Assembly: GCA_016192995.1 (NCBI GenBank)
Contig: JACPTB010000006.1
Location: 5,687-69,686, forward strand
Direction of reading: 5' to 3'
Length of the DNA stretch: 64,000 nt
From: Candidatus Woesearchaeota archaeon
GTDB taxonomy: Archaea > Nanobdellota > Nanobdellia > Woesearchaeales > DSVV01
Made by a program: the position numbers and the translations under genes. Numbering within the stretch: the stretch's first letter is position 1; each line of letters begins with the position of its first letter. The notes beneath the pieces are model-generated. The model searched no databases and was not told where the DNA came from. It saw only the letters and a program-made list of their open reading frames with translations. Shown here in pieces: positions 62,412 to 64,000 of the stretch.

Positions 62412-64000
62412 ATGAAACAAAAACAACTCTTTGGAACACTTTTGGCATTTTTATTAGTTCTCAGTACCATCGCAAGCGCATTCGCAGCTCCGCCATTTGA
62501 TAATAGTAATCCTAACAATTTCTATGGATTTAATAATTTAAATGATAAATCAAACAATGGCCAAGATAAAGATTCTGATTTAATCGATGACGGTAATGAT
62601 TTATGTCCATTTATCAAAAATCCAACAGATAAAAATGTTGATACTTTTGCTGGAGTAGATCAAGATATTGATAATGACGATTTAGGTAATCTTTGTGATC
62701 CTAATAATTATGACCCTTATGTTTTAGCAACAAGCAACAAAGGAACTGGAAAGTTGCAAGATCCTTTTGTCGGTAAAGAAGGGGAAACCTTAGTTATCAA
62801 TCTTGAAGGTAAATATGGTGGTAGTACAGTAAAAGATCCTGATGTTCAGGCACATCATGGTGTTAATAATCCAGAACTTCTTAATATTCCAGAAGATCCT
62901 TTTGTTATTGGATTTAATGCGATTCCATTACTCATAACACTGGATAAGTTAATCAAGGATAGTAATAATGATAATACCTTTGATGAAAAAAAAGAGCAGG
63001 TTGGTATGCTCATTTCCGGCATAGATCAGGGCAATAATAAAAAAGAATTACAATGGACTCCTGATTTTGATGAGGCTGGCATGTATGTTCTTTTAGTTAA
63101 AACACTTGATGGTGGAGATGATTTAGCTCAACACGACAAACAACGAACAACTACCGATAGGATTTTTATTAAAATTGAAGAAGGCGTTCCTCCTAATGAA
63201 TGTCCTGTTGTTAATGATATTGTTATGAACCCAAATCAAGCTACAGTCGGTGAACCAGTAACCTTCTCAGCATTATTTAATGACGCTGATGGTGATGCTG
63301 TTTCATGTACTTGGGAAGTTGATGGCGCTGTAGTTCCAGGAGTTTCAACCTGTACATTTGATTTCACCTTCACCACAGCAGGAGATCACAGTGTTAAGGC
63401 AACTGCGAGCGATGGTAAAAAAGATAATGATGGAAACGATTGTGCAAAATCATTAACTAAAACATTCAAAGCAAACGAAGCTCCAAACAGCTGTCCAACG
63501 GGTCAAATAGAATATGATATTAAAAATCCAGAACAAGGCGATGTTATTAACTTCAATGCAATTAATGTCGTTGACGCAGAAGGTGATGCACCAGTTGCCT
63601 GTACCTGGGAAATTAATAATGTTGTTGTCTCAAATCAATGTTCATTCCAATACACGGTGCCAGACCAGAATGATTTGCACGTAGAATTATATCTTTCAGA
63701 TGGTAGTGATGAATGTGCTTATCCTTTGAATTTAGCAGACGAAGAAGACATTCCTGTTGAGAAAAATCAGTGTCCAGTCGTGGAAATATTCCCAAAAGTT
63801 ACAACGGTTGTCGAAGGCGACTCAGTAACCTTTACTGCTCTTACTGATGATCCACAAAACGATCAAGTTAGTTGTACATGGGAAGTAGATAACCAGGTTG
63901 TTTTTACTAATCAGGCAGTGAATGGCGTATGTACATTTACCGCCCAGTTTAATACTGTTGGTCAAAGCGCAGTCACCGTTACGGTTACTGATAACAAAAA
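62412..64000 (+). CDS. Large secreted surface protein, 5' partial (signal peptide, TSP3-like Asp-rich Ca-binding repeats, at least 3 PKD-like repeats); runs off the window
   Basis: I translated the frame by hand from the ATG at 62412 through 63240 with no stop, and read the remainder to 64000 by eye with no stop seen. The N-terminus is MKQKQLFGTLLAFLLVLSTIASAFA. The Asp-rich run is DKDSDLIDDGNDLCP..DQDIDNDDLGNLCD. Repeats start at 63201, 63492 and 63771, each with C..CTWE[VI][DN]. It is absent from the ORF track because it has no stop. Confidence 0.7.
   Translation, partial: MKQKQLFGTLLAFLLVLSTIASAFAAPPFDNSNPNNFYGFNNLNDKSNNGQDKDSDLIDDGNDLCPFIKNPTDKNVDTFAGVDQDIDNDDLGNLCDPNNYDPYVLATSNKGTGKLQDPFVGKEGETLVINLEGKYGGSTVKDPDVQAHHGVNNPELLNIPEDPFVIGFNAIPLLITLDKLIKDSNNDNTFDEKKEQVGMLISGIDQGNNKKELQWTPDFDEAGMYVLLVKTLDGGDDLAQHDKQRTTTDRIFIKIEEGVPPNECPVVNDIVMNPNQATVGEPVTFSALFNDADGDAVSCTWEVDGAVVPGVSTCTFDFTFTTAGDHSVKATASDGKKDNDGNDCAKSLTKTFKANEAPNSCPTGQIEYDIKNPEQGDVINFNAINVVDAEGDAPVACTWEINNVVVSNQCSFQYTVPDQNDLHVELYLSDGSDECAYPLNLADEEDIPVEKNQCPVVEIFPKVTTVVEGDSVTFTALTDDPQNDQVSCTWEVDNQVVFTNQAVNGVCTFTAQFNTVGQSAVTVTVTDNK

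Overview
This is an AT-rich, extremely gene-dense segment with archaeal hallmarks. It carries STT3/AglB oligosaccharyltransferases, TTTATAAA-type TATA boxes about 25-30 nt upstream of many ATGs, a geranylgeranyl-reductase homologue, and abutting or overlapping genes. A reduced, DPANN-like genome is my guess, not a demonstrated fact.

About 58 kb of the window is one surface-glycan / protein-glycosylation super-island:
- three AglB paralogues, one with an in-frame loss of the whole membrane core
- three further GT-C-like membrane transferases
- about nine GT2/GT4 enzymes and two Wzx-type flippases
- nucleotide-sugar pathways: nonulosonic acid (including a tri-domain fusion protein), GDP-mannose 4,6-dehydratase, a complete GDP-D-glycero-alpha-D-manno-heptose operon, and UDP-GlcNAc 2-epimerase / 3-dehydrogenase / aminotransferase
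- decoration functions: fused APS-kinase/ATP-sulfurylase, a carbamoyltransferase module, methyltransferases, a CE4 deacetylase, and B12- and SPASM-type radical SAM enzymes

The right end holds a UPF0175/DUF3368 toxin-antitoxin-like pair and secreted proteins: a lipobox-like protein, a beta-strand-rich barrel-like protein, and a TSP3/PKD-repeat giant that runs off the window.

The most unusual signal is non-coding. A superfamily of 153-166-nt rod-like palindromic elements has 10 full copies plus short derivatives and fragments. They punctuate the island, all in the same chromosomal orientation. Five copies have 7-8-bp target-site duplications. A 13-nt apical loop is retained in 8 copies (one interrupted, two with one substitution each) while the stems co-vary. 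Every copy has oligo-T tracts on both strands. Several copies supply the stop codon of the adjacent gene.

I recognised no rRNA, tRNA, CRISPR array or transposase gene.
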